Positions 35,833 to 46,811 of a stretch of DNA of 64,000 nucleotides are shown here, in pieces. Each line of letters starts with the position of its first letter. Position 1 is the first letter of the stretch. Both the position numbers and the translations under genes were made by a program. The stretch spans positions 4,312 through 68,311 of the forward strand of contig CALFZM010000082.1 in the NCBI GenBank assembly GCA_937952235.1. Direction: 5' to 3'. The notes under the pieces are model-generated. The model was not told the origin of the DNA. It was given only the letters and a program-made list of their open reading frames with translations, and made no database searches. Source of the DNA: an uncultured Opitutia bacterium. GTDB taxonomy: Bacteria; Verrucomicrobiota; Verrucomicrobiia; Opitutales; Opitutaceae.

Positions 35833-38655
35833 ATGCGCCTTCTCCCCCTCTGGCTTGCCCTGGGCCTGCTCGCGTCGTCCGCCGCCGCGCCGATTCCGTT
35901 CCCCCACGAGGCGAGCGACCTCAAGATGGATCCCACCGCCACGTTCGGCACGCTGCCGAACGGGCTGCGGTACGTCGTCCGCGCCAACCGCGAACCCAAG
36001 GACCGGGCCTCGCTCCGCCTCCTGGTCGAGGCCGGCGCCGTGCACGAGCGCGACGACCAGCAGGGCCTCGCGCACTTCCTCGAGCACATGGCTTTCAACG
36101 GCAGCAAACACTTCCCGCCGTCGTCCCTGATCGAGTTTTTCCAGCGGATGGGCATGAGCTTCGGCGGCGACACCAACGCCAGCACGTCGTTCACCCGCAC
36201 GCTCTACCTGCTCGAGCTGCCCAACACCCGGCCCGAGACGTTGGGCGAGGGCCTCAAGGTCCTGCGCGATTACACCGACGGCCTGCTGCTCGGCCCCGAG
36301 GAGATCGAACGCGAGCGGGGCATCATCCTCAGCGAGAAGCGCACGCGGGACTCCGCCGGCTACCGCACGAGCCTGGCGACGCGCAACTTCCTGCTCCAGG
36401 GTTCGCTGTTCGCGCGGCGCGATCTGATCGGCCCGGAGAAGATCCTGCGCGAGGCCGGTCGCGAGCTGTTCCAGGATTTCTACGACGCCTGGTACCGGCC
36501 GGAATTGATGTCGGTCGTGATCGTCGGAGACATCGACGTGCCCGCCGTGGTGCGCCAGCTCGAGACCGCCTTCCGCGACCTGCAGCCCCGCGCGCCGGCC
36601 CGCCCGGCGCCGGATCTCGGCCGGGTGGCCGCGTTCTCGGGCGTGACCACGTTTTACCACCACGAGGCCGAGGCGTCCGACACCGACGTCTCGATCATGA
36701 CGATCACTCCCCATGCGCGCGAACCCGATACCGCCGCGAACCGGCTGAAATACCTGCCGCGCCAGATCGCCCACGCCATCATCAACCGGCGGCTCTCGAT
36801 CCTCGCCAAGCAGGAAGACGCGCCGTTTCGCGGCGGTGGCGCGGGGGCGGACGAGGCGTTCGGTTTCTACCGGCAGACGTCGATCGGCGTGACCTGCAAG
36901 GCGGAGCAGTGGAGCGAGGCGCTCGGCGTGGCCGAACAGGAGCTGCGCCGCGCCCTCGAACACGGCTTCCAACCGGCGGAGCTGCGCGAGGTGCTGGCCA
37001 ACTACCGCAACAGCCTCGAGCAGGCGGTGAAGACCGCGGCCACGCGGCGCTCCGACAGCATCGCCGGCGAAATCGCGCAGGCGCTGCTCGACCGTGAGGT
37101 CTGGACCTCCCCGGCCGACGACCTGGCGCTCTACGGTCCGGCGCTCGAGCGCGTGACCGTGGAGGCCTGCCACGCCGCGTTGCGGGCGGCGTGGAGTCCC
37201 GCGCACCGCCTCGTGCTGGTGACCGGCAATGCGCGTCTGCCGGCCGGCGAGGCCGCGCAGGACGCGATCAGGGCGGCCTTCGAGAAGAGCCGCGCCGTGG
37301 CGGTCGCGCCGCCGGCCCGGGCCGATGAGGCGCCGTGGGGTTACGGCGACTTCGGGCCGCCCGGCGAGGTGGCCCGCCGCGAATCGGTCCCCGACCTGGG
37401 CATCACGCTGCTCACGTTCGCGAATGGCGTCCGCCTCAACCTCAAGCCGACCGATTTCGAGGCCAACCGCATCCGGGTCTCGGTCCGGATCGGCAGCGGC
37501 CAGCTCACCGAGCCGCGGGACCAGCCCGGCCTCGCCACGTATCTGAACCAGACCTACAACGAGGGCGGCCTGGGGCGGCACAGCGTGGACGACCTGCGCC
37601 GGCTCCTCGCCGGCCGCACCGTCGGCGCGAGCCTGGGCGCGGGCCAGGACGCGTTTGTCGTCAACGGCATCACCAACCGCGAGGACCTGCTGCTGCAGCT
37701 CCAGCTCGCCACCGCGCGGATCACCGATCCGGGCTTCCGCCCGGAGGCGGCGCGGCAGGCGAAAAAGGCGCTCGATGAAGCCTACCTGAGTTTCGCGCAC
37801 ACCGCGGCGGGGCCGTTCAATCTCGAAGTCGCGCGCCTGCTCGCCAGCGGCGATCCGCGGTTCGGGCTGCCCCCCGAGGCGGTCATGGCGCGGCGCAACC
37901 TCGATGAGGTGAAGGCGTGGGTGCGGCCCGAATTGCAGCACGGCGCGGTCGAGGTGGCGATCGTCGGCGACTTCGAGCCGGAGGCGGCGATCGCCGCGGT
38001 GGCGCGAACGCTCGGCACCCTGCCGCCGCGCCGGCCGAAACCCGCGCTCGGAGCCGCGAAGGTGGTGGAGTTTCCCGCGGAGCCGTTCCAGCGGCACTAT
38101 GAGATCCCGACCGAGATCCCCAAGGGCACGGTCGCGATCTACTGGCCGACGACCGACAGCCTCGACGTCCGCCGCGGACGGCGGCTGAACCTGCTCGCCG
38201 AGGTGCTGAAGGACCGGCTGCGGGTGAAGGTGCGCGAGGAACTCGGCGAGGCCTACAACCCCGGCGTGGGCAGCGCGGCGAGCGACTTGTTTCCCGGTTA
38301 CGGTTACCTGCAGTCGCTCGTCACCGTCGATCCGGCCAAGGCGGCGAAGCTCGTCGAGGTGATCACCTCGGTCGCCGCCGACCTCGCGGAGAAAGGCGTG
38401 ACCGAGGAGGAACTCGAGCGGGCCAAGAAGCCCGTGCTCACCTCGCTGCGCGAGTCGTCCCGCAGCAACGCCTACTGGCTCGGCGCCGTGCTCGCGCGCG
38501 CCCAGGAGCGGCCGGAGGTGCTCGACTGGTGCCGCTCGCGCTACGCCGACAACGAGGGAATCACCGCGGCCGAACTCAGCGCCCTGGCGAAACAGTACCT
38601 TCCCGCCACCCGCGCCAGCCGCGTGACGGTGGTGCCCAGGGCCGCGGCGCCCTGA
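35833..38655 (+). CDS. Secreted M16-family zinc protease (PqqL-like)
   Basis: Signal peptide, HFLEHMAFNG (HxxEH), NASTSF, ERERGIILSE; four M16 domains. Confidence 0.93.
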   Translation: MRLLPLWLALGLLASSAAAPIPFPHEASDLKMDPTATFGTLPNGLRYVVRANREPKDRASLRLLVEAGAVHERDDQQGLAHFLEHMAFNGSKHFPPSSLIEFFQRMGMSFGGDTNASTSFTRTLYLLELPNTRPETLGEGLKVLRDYTDGLLLGPEEIERERGIILSEKRTRDSAGYRTSLATRNFLLQGSLFARRDLIGPEKILREAGRELFQDFYDAWYRPELMSVVIVGDIDVPAVVRQLETAFRDLQPRAPARPAPDLGRVAAFSGVTTFYHHEAEASDTDVSIMTITPHAREPDTAANRLKYLPRQIAHAIINRRLSILAKQEDAPFRGGGAGADEAFGFYRQTSIGVTCKAEQWSEALGVAEQELRRALEHGFQPAELREVLANYRNSLEQAVKTAATRRSDSIAGEIAQALLDREVWTSPADDLALYGPALERVTVEACHAALRAAWSPAHRLVLVTGNARLPAGEAAQDAIRAAFEKSRAVAVAPPARADEAPWGYGDFGPPGEVARRESVPDLGITLLTFANGVRLNLKPTDFEANRIRVSVRIGSGQLTEPRDQPGLATYLNQTYNEGGLGRHSVDDLRRLLAGRTVGASLGAGQDAFVVNGITNREDLLLQLQLATARITDPGFRPEAARQAKKALDEAYLSFAHTAAGPFNLEVARLLASGDPRFGLPPEAVMARRNLDEVKAWVRPELQHGAVEVAIVGDFEPEAAIAAVARTLGTLPPRRPKPALGAAKVVEFPAEPFQRHYEIPTEIPKGTVAIYWPTTDSLDVRRGRRLNLLAEVLKDRLRVKVREELGEAYNPGVGSAASDLFPGYGYLQSLVTVDPAKAAKLVEVITSVAADLAEKGVTEEELERAKKPVLTSLRESSRSNAYWLGAVLARAQERPEVLDWCRSRYADNEGITAAELSALAKQYLPATRASRVTVVPRAAAP

Positions 38656-38730
38656 ACCGCCCGCGCTCCCGGCGCGACCGCCGCCCGCGCGGCTGACGGG
38701 CAGATGTGTTCGCCGGGCGCGAGCCAGGCA

Positions 38731-38817
38731 GGTGGAGCAGCGTGTCCCCACGCTGCTGATCGAGGCGTATTCCCAACCAGCCGCCTGGGGACAGGCGGCT
38801 CCACCTCCACGGCATGC
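38731..38817. repeat. REP doublet, family A copy 4
   Basis: GGTGGAGCAGCGTGTCCCCACGCTGCT ... CAGCCGCCTGGGGACAGGCGGCTCCACC. Confidence 0.9.
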
Positions 38818-38835
38818 GCCCGGCGCAGTCCGCCC

Positions 38836-40158
38836 TCAAACCCGCGCGACCACGAGCGATGCGTTGGTGCCGCCGAAGCCGAAGCTGTTGGCGAGCGCGG
38901 CGCGGACCGGCTTGGCGACCGCCACGTTGGGCGTGACGTTGAGGCCGAGGTCCGCGACCGCGGGATCGAGATGGGCCAGGTTGATGGTCGGTGGCACCAC
39001 GCCGTGGTGGATGGCCATGACTGCGGCGAACGCGCCCATCGCGCCGGCCGCGCCGAGAAGGTGTCCGGTCATCGACTTGACGCCGCTCACGTGCAGCGCG
39101 CCCTTGCTCGCCGCGAACACCTGCGCGATCGCCGCCGCCTCCTCGCCGTCGCCGCCGGGCGTCGACGTGGCATGCGCGGAGACGTAATCGATCTCCTCCG
39201 GCGCCATGCCGGCCCGGGCGAGCGCACGCTGCATCGAGCGGGCTGAGCCCTCCGCTCCGGGGGCGAGCGACGAAAGGTGGTACGCATCGGCCGTGGCCCC
39301 GTAACCGCGCAGCTCGGCGTAGATCCGCGCGCCGCGCCGGCGGGCGTGCTCCAGTTCCTCGAGCACGAACACCACCGCGCCCTCCGACAGCACGAAGCCG
39401 TCGCGGTCCCGGTCGTAAGGCCGCGAGGCCTGCGCCGGCGCGTCGTTGCGCGTCGACAGCGCGCGCATCTGCGCAAACGCGCCGATGGCGAGCGGGGTGA
39501 CGGTCGACTCCGCGCCGCCGGCGAGCATGACGTCGGCGTCGTTGCGGCTGATCGCCGCGGCCGCCTCCCCGAGGGCATGCCCGCTGGTGGCGCAGGCCGA
39601 CGCGACGCTCATGTTGGCGCCGCGGAAATCGAGCAGCAGGCTGACCTGGCCGGCGAGCAGGTTGGGCGCAATCTGGATGATGAAGAACGGCGAGATCTTC
39701 CGGAAGCCACCGGCCTTCCAGGTATCGTGCATCGCCTCCATTTCGGGCAGCCCGCCGAGGCCGACGCCCAGATTCACCCCCATGCGGTCGGGCGGCAGGC
39801 TGGCGCGGTGGTCGTCGAGCCCCGAGTCGGCGTAAGCCTCCACCGCCGCACCCACCCCGAGGTGAGTGAAGCGACCGAATTTCTTCAGGTCCTTGGGACT
39901 CAGCGCCTGGGCCAGCGCCTCGCCCGCGCCCCCGCGAGGCCGAAGCGGCGACGCCAGCGGACGGGAGGGATCGAAATCCCGCCCCTCGCCCGCGATCCGG
40001 GCGGTGCAGCCGGTGGCATCGAAACGGGTGATGGGCCCGATCCCGCTGCGCCCGGCCGCGAGGGAAGCCCAGGTGGCCGGAGCCGAATTGCCGCAGGGCG
40101 TCACGGCGCCCACGCCGGTGATCACCACGCGCCGGAGGGAGGAAGGAGGGAGGGACAT
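38836..40158 (-). CDS. fabF: Beta-ketoacyl-ACP synthase II
   Basis: VVITGVG, catalytic ACATSGH, HATST, KSMTGHLLGAAG, NSFGFGGTNAS. Confidence 0.92.
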   Translation of the reverse strand: MSLPPSSLRRVVITGVGAVTPCGNSAPATWASLAAGRSGIGPITRFDATGCTARIAGEGRDFDPSRPLASPLRPRGGAGEALAQALSPKDLKKFGRFTHLGVGAAVEAYADSGLDDHRASLPPDRMGVNLGVGLGGLPEMEAMHDTWKAGGFRKISPFFIIQIAPNLLAGQVSLLLDFRGANMSVASACATSGHALGEAAAAISRNDADVMLAGGAESTVTPLAIGAFAQMRALSTRNDAPAQASRPYDRDRDGFVLSEGAVVFVLEELEHARRRGARIYAELRGYGATADAYHLSSLAPGAEGSARSMQRALARAGMAPEEIDYVSAHATSTPGGDGEEAAAIAQVFAASKGALHVSGVKSMTGHLLGAAGAMGAFAAVMAIHHGVVPPTINLAHLDPAVADLGLNVTPNVAVAKPVRAALANSFGFGGTNASLVVARV

Positions 40159-40314
40159 GCGAATCCCGACAAGGAACCGGCAACCGCACCGTGGGCAATT
40201 CCGGAGTTGGAACGGCGGCCGCCGTCGTGCGCGGGCTTTGACATTGCCCCCGGGCGGGCTTTTGCTCCGCCCCCTTCGCCACCGCCCGCCCGCCGCGCCT
40301 CCGCCCACCTATTC

Positions 40315-40824
40315 ATGTCGCAGCTTCACGCACACTGGCGAATGGAGTACATCGAGGCGCCCCGCTATCCGGCGAAGATGACGCGGCCGTTCCTCGAGCT
40401 CCCGGCGCTGGGTGACGACCGGGCGGCGTTGATCGTGTATCGCTCCCCGCACAGCTACCTGATCCTGAACCGGTTTCCTTACAATCCGGGGCACCTCCTG
40501 GTCATTCCCTTCCGCGACGTGAAGGAACTGGAGCAACTGCGCGCCGCCGAGCGCGCCGACCTCTTCGACACCCTCATTTTCGGCCAGCAGGTGCTCGCGA
40601 CCGCGCTCAAGCCGGAGGCCTTCAACGTAGGTTTCAACCTCGGCGCCGCCGTCGCGGGCGGAAGCATCGACCACCTGCACGGCCACATCGTGCCCCGTTG
40701 GAATGGGGACAACAACTTCATGCCGGTCCTCGCCCAGACCCGCATCCTGCCCCAGGCACTCGAGGCCACCTGGGAGAAACTGGCCGCCGCCGCGGAGGCT
40801 CTGCGCGCCCGGCCCGGACGCTGA
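40315..40824 (+). CDS. HIT-family nucleotide hydrolase
   Basis: LNRFPYNPGHLLVIP, FNVGFNLG, histidine triad HLHGH-IVPRWNGD. Confidence 0.92.
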   Translation: MSQLHAHWRMEYIEAPRYPAKMTRPFLELPALGDDRAALIVYRSPHSYLILNRFPYNPGHLLVIPFRDVKELEQLRAAERADLFDTLIFGQQVLATALKPEAFNVGFNLGAAVAGGSIDHLHGHIVPRWNGDNNFMPVLAQTRILPQALEATWEKLAAAAEALRARPGR

Positions 40825-40872
40825 ACGGCCGCCACGTCCCCCCACGCCGATCCCTTTCCGCCGCGCCCTGCC

Positions 40873-41862
<990 letters not shown>

Positions 41863-41951
41863 ACCCCGGATCGGGCGAACTTAGGCTTCGCTTCCGGAGG
41901 AAAAGCCCGTTTAGTGCCGGCGTTCGTTTCCGCGGCCTGCGCCCTTTTCCG

Positions 41952-44357
41952 ATGTCGGTTCGCAACCAGCTCAAACTCCTCGTTGGCGGACGTAACGTCC
42001 GCTCCGGCAGCCGCCCACCCGTGTCCCCCACGACCGCGGCGATGAGCGAGTTTCTCGAGCGGAGCCGCCTGGTCGCGGCGCTGATATTCATCGTGACGGT
42101 CGCTGCGATCGTGCTGATCAGCTCGGCCGGGGTTTCGACGCTCAACGCCCCCGTGCTCGTGAACGAGCTGGCGACGAGCCGGATCAGCGCCCTCGTGCCC
42201 TTTACCTACGAAAGCGAGGAGCGCACCCAGGCGGCGCGGGCCCAGTTGCTCGACCGGCTGCCTCCCGTCTACCGGCTGGACCTCGAGCCGTTGCGCCGCT
42301 TCGAAGCGGCCGCGCAGAAGCTGCTCTCGCAACTGGCGGAGTTCGAAGGCCGCGTGGCCGCCGGCGCGGTGCAGGCTGGCAACCGGCGGGTGGAGCTGGC
42401 CCGGATCGCCGACACCTTCAACAGCCACGGCCCCTATGATGCGACCGCGGAGGATATCGCCTCGGTCCTGGCGGCCGGGGACACGCGCACCCGGGCGGAG
42501 ATTTTCGAGAACGCGCTCGCCACCCTGCGCGACCTCTATGCGCGCGGTATCAGCGACTCCTCGCTCGGCACCCTGAGTCCGGGCAACGCCGTGGTGTTCC
42601 AGATCGCCCGGCCCGACGGCGCCGTGGCCCAGCGCTCGGTGCAGACCAAGGAGGACGCGCTCACGGTGCTGCGGGTAAGCCTGGGCTCCCACAACCTGTC
42701 GCGGCAGGCGACGCAGGCGTATTTCCGCATCTTTCTCTCCGGCCTGACGGCCAACGTCGTCTTCGATCGCGCCGCCACCGAGGCCCGGCACGAGCTCGCC
42801 GCCAAGGCGGTGCCGCCGGTAAAGGTCAACGTCGCGCGCGGGCAGACCATCGTCGAAGCCGGCACCCGGGTGTCGCCCGAACAGCACGAGATGCTCGTCG
42901 CGCACCGCCAGTACGTGCGGGATCACGGCGACGGGGAGTTGAACGAGAGCCTCACGCTCTTCGGCCGCGTGCTGCTCGTCATGGCGATGGTATTCGCCTC
43001 GCTGATCTACATCCGGATCGAGGATCCGGAGACGCTCCGGAGCAACACCCGCTGCGGGCTGCTCGCCCTGGTCGTGATCGTCAACCTGGCGCTGGTCCGC
43101 GCCAACTACTCGCTGGGCGGCGCCGAGTTTTTCATGCGGGACGGTTCCTGGGCCTCCACCCTGCCCTACATCGCCCCCACGGCGTTCGCCCCGCTGATCG
43201 TGGCCATCCTGATCGATGCCGGCTCCGGCATCTTCATGGCGCTGCTCATTTCGATCTTCACCGGAGTCATCTACGGCAACCGCCTCGACCTGCTCGTGCT
43301 CACGTTCCTGTCGTCGCTCGTGGCCATCTATTTCGGGCGCGATGCGCGCCAGCGCGGACGGCTCGTCCGGGCGGCGGGCGCCGGCGGGCTCACGATCGCC
43401 GCCTTCGCGGCCCTGGTCGGCATCGCCAACCAGACGCCCTTCGACACGCTCATGCGCCAGATGATCGCGGGCCTCGGCACCGGCATCCTGACCGGCATCG
43501 GCGTGGTCGGCCTGCTCCCGGTCCTCGAATCGCTGTTCAAGCGCACGACCGACATCACGCTGCTCGAGCTCACCGACTACAATCACCCCCTGCTCCGGCA
43601 GATGCAGCTCGAGGCGCCCGGCACCTATCACCACTCGCTGGTGGTGGCCCAGCTCTCGGAGAACGCCGCCAACGCCATCGGGGCCAATCCGCTCGTGGCC
43701 CGCGTCTGCGCGCTGTTCCACGACGTCGGCAAGACCGCCAACCCGCTCTACTTCGGCGAAAACCAGCGCGATCGCACGAATCCGCATGCGGACCTCACGC
43801 CCGCCGAGTCCGCCCAGGTCATCAAGCAGCACGTCCGCGACGGTGTGGACCTCGCCGTCAAACACCGGCTCCCCCGCGCGGTGATCGACGTGATCAAGCA
43901 GCACCACGGGACCACGCTGGTACGCTACTTCTACCAGCGCGCCATCGAGGAATCGCGCGCCCCCTTCGCCCGGGCCGGCACCGGACAGCCGCTCACCGCC
44001 GACACCTGCCAGACCGCCGCGATGATCCCCTTGCCCGAAGAGCTGCCGTTCCGTTACGACGGCCCGAAGCCCCAATGCAAGGAGAGCGCCATCATCTCGC
44101 TCGCCGACGGCGTGGAGGCGACCACCCGCTCGCTCCGCCAGGTGCGGCCGGAGGACCTGCAGGACACGGTCAACCGCATCGTTGCCGACCGCATCGCCGA
44201 CGGCCAGCTCGACGAGGCGCCGCTCACCCTCGAGGAAATCACGCGGATCAAGAACAGCTTCCAGTTCACGTTGCTCAACATGCTGCACTCGCGGGTCGCG
44301 TATCCCCCGCTCGACAAGGGCAGCAACGACCTGCCGCCGGCCCAGGCCAAGGCGTGA
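41952..44357 (+). CDS. 7TM-HD (HDIG) membrane phosphohydrolase, PgpH/YqfF-like
   Basis: TM, large extracellular domain, 7TM bundle, APGTYHHS, FHDVGK, QHHGT, GPKPQ, LADGVEA. Confidence 0.9.
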   Translation: MSVRNQLKLLVGGRNVRSGSRPPVSPTTAAMSEFLERSRLVAALIFIVTVAAIVLISSAGVSTLNAPVLVNELATSRISALVPFTYESEERTQAARAQLLDRLPPVYRLDLEPLRRFEAAAQKLLSQLAEFEGRVAAGAVQAGNRRVELARIADTFNSHGPYDATAEDIASVLAAGDTRTRAEIFENALATLRDLYARGISDSSLGTLSPGNAVVFQIARPDGAVAQRSVQTKEDALTVLRVSLGSHNLSRQATQAYFRIFLSGLTANVVFDRAATEARHELAAKAVPPVKVNVARGQTIVEAGTRVSPEQHEMLVAHRQYVRDHGDGELNESLTLFGRVLLVMAMVFASLIYIRIEDPETLRSNTRCGLLALVVIVNLALVRANYSLGGAEFFMRDGSWASTLPYIAPTAFAPLIVAILIDAGSGIFMALLISIFTGVIYGNRLDLLVLTFLSSLVAIYFGRDARQRGRLVRAAGAGGLTIAAFAALVGIANQTPFDTLMRQMIAGLGTGILTGIGVVGLLPVLESLFKRTTDITLLELTDYNHPLLRQMQLEAPGTYHHSLVVAQLSENAANAIGANPLVARVCALFHDVGKTANPLYFGENQRDRTNPHADLTPAESAQVIKQHVRDGVDLAVKHRLPRAVIDVIKQHHGTTLVRYFYQRAIEESRAPFARAGTGQPLTADTCQTAAMIPLPEELPFRYDGPKPQCKESAIISLADGVEATTRSLRQVRPEDLQDTVNRIVADRIADGQLDEAPLTLEEITRIKNSFQFTLLNMLHSRVAYPPLDKGSNDLPPAQAKA

Positions 44358-44890
44358 GCGCCTCCCGCCCGCGTTCGTCCGCCTCCGGCCCGGCCGCCGC
44401 CGAGGTCGTCATTGCCAACCGCCACCCGCGGCTGCGTTTCGCCCCCGCTCAGGTGCAGCGCCTGTTCGAGATCCTGGAAAACGAGCGCGCCGCCATCACC
44501 GGTTCCCGCCCCCCTTCCGCCGGTGGCGAGCTGTCGATCGTCTTCCTGACGGACCGCGCGCTGGCCCGGCTGCACGCCGAGTATCTCGACGACCCCTCGA
44601 CGACCGATGTGATCACCTTCCCAGGCGAACCGCTGGTCGGCACCGCCGGCGAGATCTGCGTCTCCGCCGACACCGCCGCCGCCTACGCCCGCGCGCACGG
44701 GCGCGACTTCAGCACCGAGCTGACGCTCTATCTCGTCCACGGCTGGCTGCACCTCGCCGGATACGACGACCTGCAACCGGTCCGGAAACGCGCCATGCGC
44801 CGCGCCGAAGGCCGCGGCCTGCGCGCCCTGACGCGGGCCGGAGCCATCCCGCGTTTCACGCTCCGGCGACCGAGGAAAACGGCCACGTAG
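44354..44890 (+). CDS. ybeY: Endoribonuclease YbeY
   Basis: TDVITFP, GEICVS, HGWLHLAGYDD; GTGA overlap with the HD gene. Confidence 0.9.
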   Translation: MSASRPRSSASGPAAAEVVIANRHPRLRFAPAQVQRLFEILENERAAITGSRPPSAGGELSIVFLTDRALARLHAEYLDDPSTTDVITFPGEPLVGTAGEICVSADTAAAYARAHGRDFSTELTLYLVHGWLHLAGYDDLQPVRKRAMRRAEGRGLRALTRAGAIPRFTLRRPRKTAT

Positions 44891-44893
44891 AAT

Positions 44894-44988
44894 GGTGGAG
44901 CGGCTTGTCCCCAAGCCGCTGGCGGACCGGTCCACCGTACTTCAGCCGCCTGGGGACAGGCGGCTCCACCGCCACGGCATCGTTCCGT
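44894..44988. repeat. REP doublet, family A copy 5
   Basis: GGTGGAGCGGCTTGTCCCCAAGCCGCT ... CAGCCGCCTGGGGACAGGCGGCTCCACC. Confidence 0.9.
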
Positions 44989-45158
44989 ATAGTGGCACCG
45001 GACTTACTCGTGGCCAGCCGACGCGGCCCGGAGTTTTTCGGGGGGCCGAACGGCCCAGCACAGCCACGGGCAAAACCGACTCCCTGCTGCCGCGACGCGG
45101 GCGGCACCATCGACGGGGGCCCCAGTCGCATCGCCCCGGCGTAACTCACCACCACATC

Positions 45159-45950
45159 ATGAACCCACTCCGTCACCTCCTCCTCCCGCTGCTGCTCGTG
45201 TCGTTCGGCCTCGGCCTCACGCAGGCTCAGACCAGTCCGACCCCGGCCGGGGAGACCACCCTGCAACTCGACGTCGGTTTCGGCGTGCGCGCCGTCCCCC
45301 CGGCACGCCTGGCCGTGCCGGCCGGCGACAGCCTCCGCCTCATCGCTCCGGCCGCCGGTGCCGGCTACAGTTATATCTGGACCAAGAACGGCCGCGCCCT
45401 TCCCGGCGCGAACGAGCGCACGCTCGTCGTCGGTGCCGTGGGGCCGGCCGATGCCGGCACCTACGCGTGCCAGCTTTCGAGTCCGACCACCCTGCCCCAG
45501 CCCTCGCAGCTTGTCGTCCTCGCCGTCGGGCCTTCGGATCGCCTCATCAATCTCTCCACGCGCGGCGTCGTGAGCCCGGGACAGAGCCTCGTCAGCGGCT
45601 TCGCCGTGTCCGCGTCCGGCCAGGGCAAGAAACTGATCGTGCGGGCGATCGGACCGTCCCTCGCCCTGTTCGGCGTCGCAGATCCGCTGCGCCAGCCCGT
45701 CCTGCGCTTCTACGACCAGAACGGCCGCCCCTACGAGAACGGCTACGCCTATCCGCCTGTCGTCGGCGGGCCGACCTACGAGAGCGACCTGGCGGAGTCA
45801 CTGGCCCGCACCGGCGCGTTTCCGCTTCCCGCCGGAACCCGCGACGTGGTCGTGATGATGCCGTTTGTCGCCGGCGCCTACACCGCCGAGGTCACCTCGG
45901 GCGACGGCTCGACCGGTACCGTGCTGCTCGAGATCTACGAGGTTCCCTGA
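45159..45950 (+). CDS. Secreted Ig-domain protein with one C-terminal repeat module
   Basis: Signal peptide; Ig-like YIWTKNG..DAGTYAC; RLINLSTRG...LEIYEVP module. Confidence 0.8.
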   Translation: MNPLRHLLLPLLLVSFGLGLTQAQTSPTPAGETTLQLDVGFGVRAVPPARLAVPAGDSLRLIAPAAGAGYSYIWTKNGRALPGANERTLVVGAVGPADAGTYACQLSSPTTLPQPSQLVVLAVGPSDRLINLSTRGVVSPGQSLVSGFAVSASGQGKKLIVRAIGPSLALFGVADPLRQPVLRFYDQNGRPYENGYAYPPVVGGPTYESDLAESLARTGAFPLPAGTRDVVVMMPFVAGAYTAEVTSGDGSTGTVLLEIYEVP

Positions 45951-46080
45951 CGGCCACGGCAGCGGGCGCGAGTCCGCTCCGGGTCGGGCTCGCGGCAGGG
46001 GCGGCGGACTGACCGAAGGCGATTCGGGCGGCCGCCGCCACCGGCCTCAGCCGCGGTCCGGCCAGAAATCTTTTGCGTCT

Positions 46081-46785
46081 ATGCCACGGCCGAGGACGCT
46101 ACCGGACGCCTCCATGCCGGCCGCCGCACCGTCTCCACCGTCCCGCCTGATCACGTTTCGCAACGCCTTCATCTCCGGCGCGCTCATGGTCGCGCCGCTG
46201 GTGGTGACGGTCTGGGCGTTCCGCACCATCATCGACATCGTCGGCGGCACCTTCCGTCCGCTTTACGAAAGCCGCCTGCCGGAATCGCTGCAGCGGCTGC
46301 CGTTCTTCTGGGACTTCCTCGCCACGCTCGTGGTGATCCTCCTCGTGACGCTGCTCGGGTTCCTTTCGAACTACGTCTTCGGAAAATACTTCCTCAGCAT
46401 CGGCGAACGGTTGATCCAGCGCATCCCAGGCATCGGCGCGCTGTACAATTCGGTGAAGCAGATCGTCGCCACCTTCGGCACGCAGAACCGGAACCTTTTC
46501 AGCAAGGTCGTGCTGGTCGAGTTTCCCCGCAAGGGGACGTGGGTGATCGGCTTCCTGACCAACAAGCAGCAGGGCGAGGCGCAGCAGTACACCAGCGGCG
46601 AGGCCTGGACCATCTTCGTGCCCACCACGCCCAATCCGACGAGCGGCTTCCTCATTCTCGTGCCGCGCCAGGACATCGTGGAACTGGAGATGCCCGTCGG
46701 CGACGGGATGAAGATGATCATTTCCGGCGGGGCCGTGGTGCCGCCCTGGACCGCCGAGACCCGTTCCGCGGTCGCGACGTCCTAG
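46081..46785 (+). CDS. DUF502 family membrane protein
   Basis: Two TMs, RIPGIGALYNSVKQ, VVLVEFPR, FVPTTPNPTSGF, MIISGG; alternative start 46114. Confidence 0.9.
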   Translation: MPRPRTLPDASMPAAAPSPPSRLITFRNAFISGALMVAPLVVTVWAFRTIIDIVGGTFRPLYESRLPESLQRLPFFWDFLATLVVILLVTLLGFLSNYVFGKYFLSIGERLIQRIPGIGALYNSVKQIVATFGTQNRNLFSKVVLVEFPRKGTWVIGFLTNKQQGEAQQYTSGEAWTIFVPTTPNPTSGFLILVPRQDIVELEMPVGDGMKMIISGGAVVPPWTAETRSAVATS

Positions 46786-46811
46786 CGTCGCGCCCGGACT
46801 TGCCGCCGCCC

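Noticed and set aside
31583-36130. 1515-aa plus-strand ORF
   Set aside because: Antisense shadow of the SNF2 helicase and waaA; Arg/Gly-rich, no motifs; expected in high-GC DNA
44993-45007. TGGCAC-CGGAC-TTAC as a sigma54 promoter for the Ig protein
   Set aside because: The nearly invariant -12 GC is AC, and no activator is linked
45055-45120. GGGCAAAACC resembling a c-di-GMP-I riboswitch
   Set aside because: GNRA tetraloop, receptor and second GCAAAG stem not found
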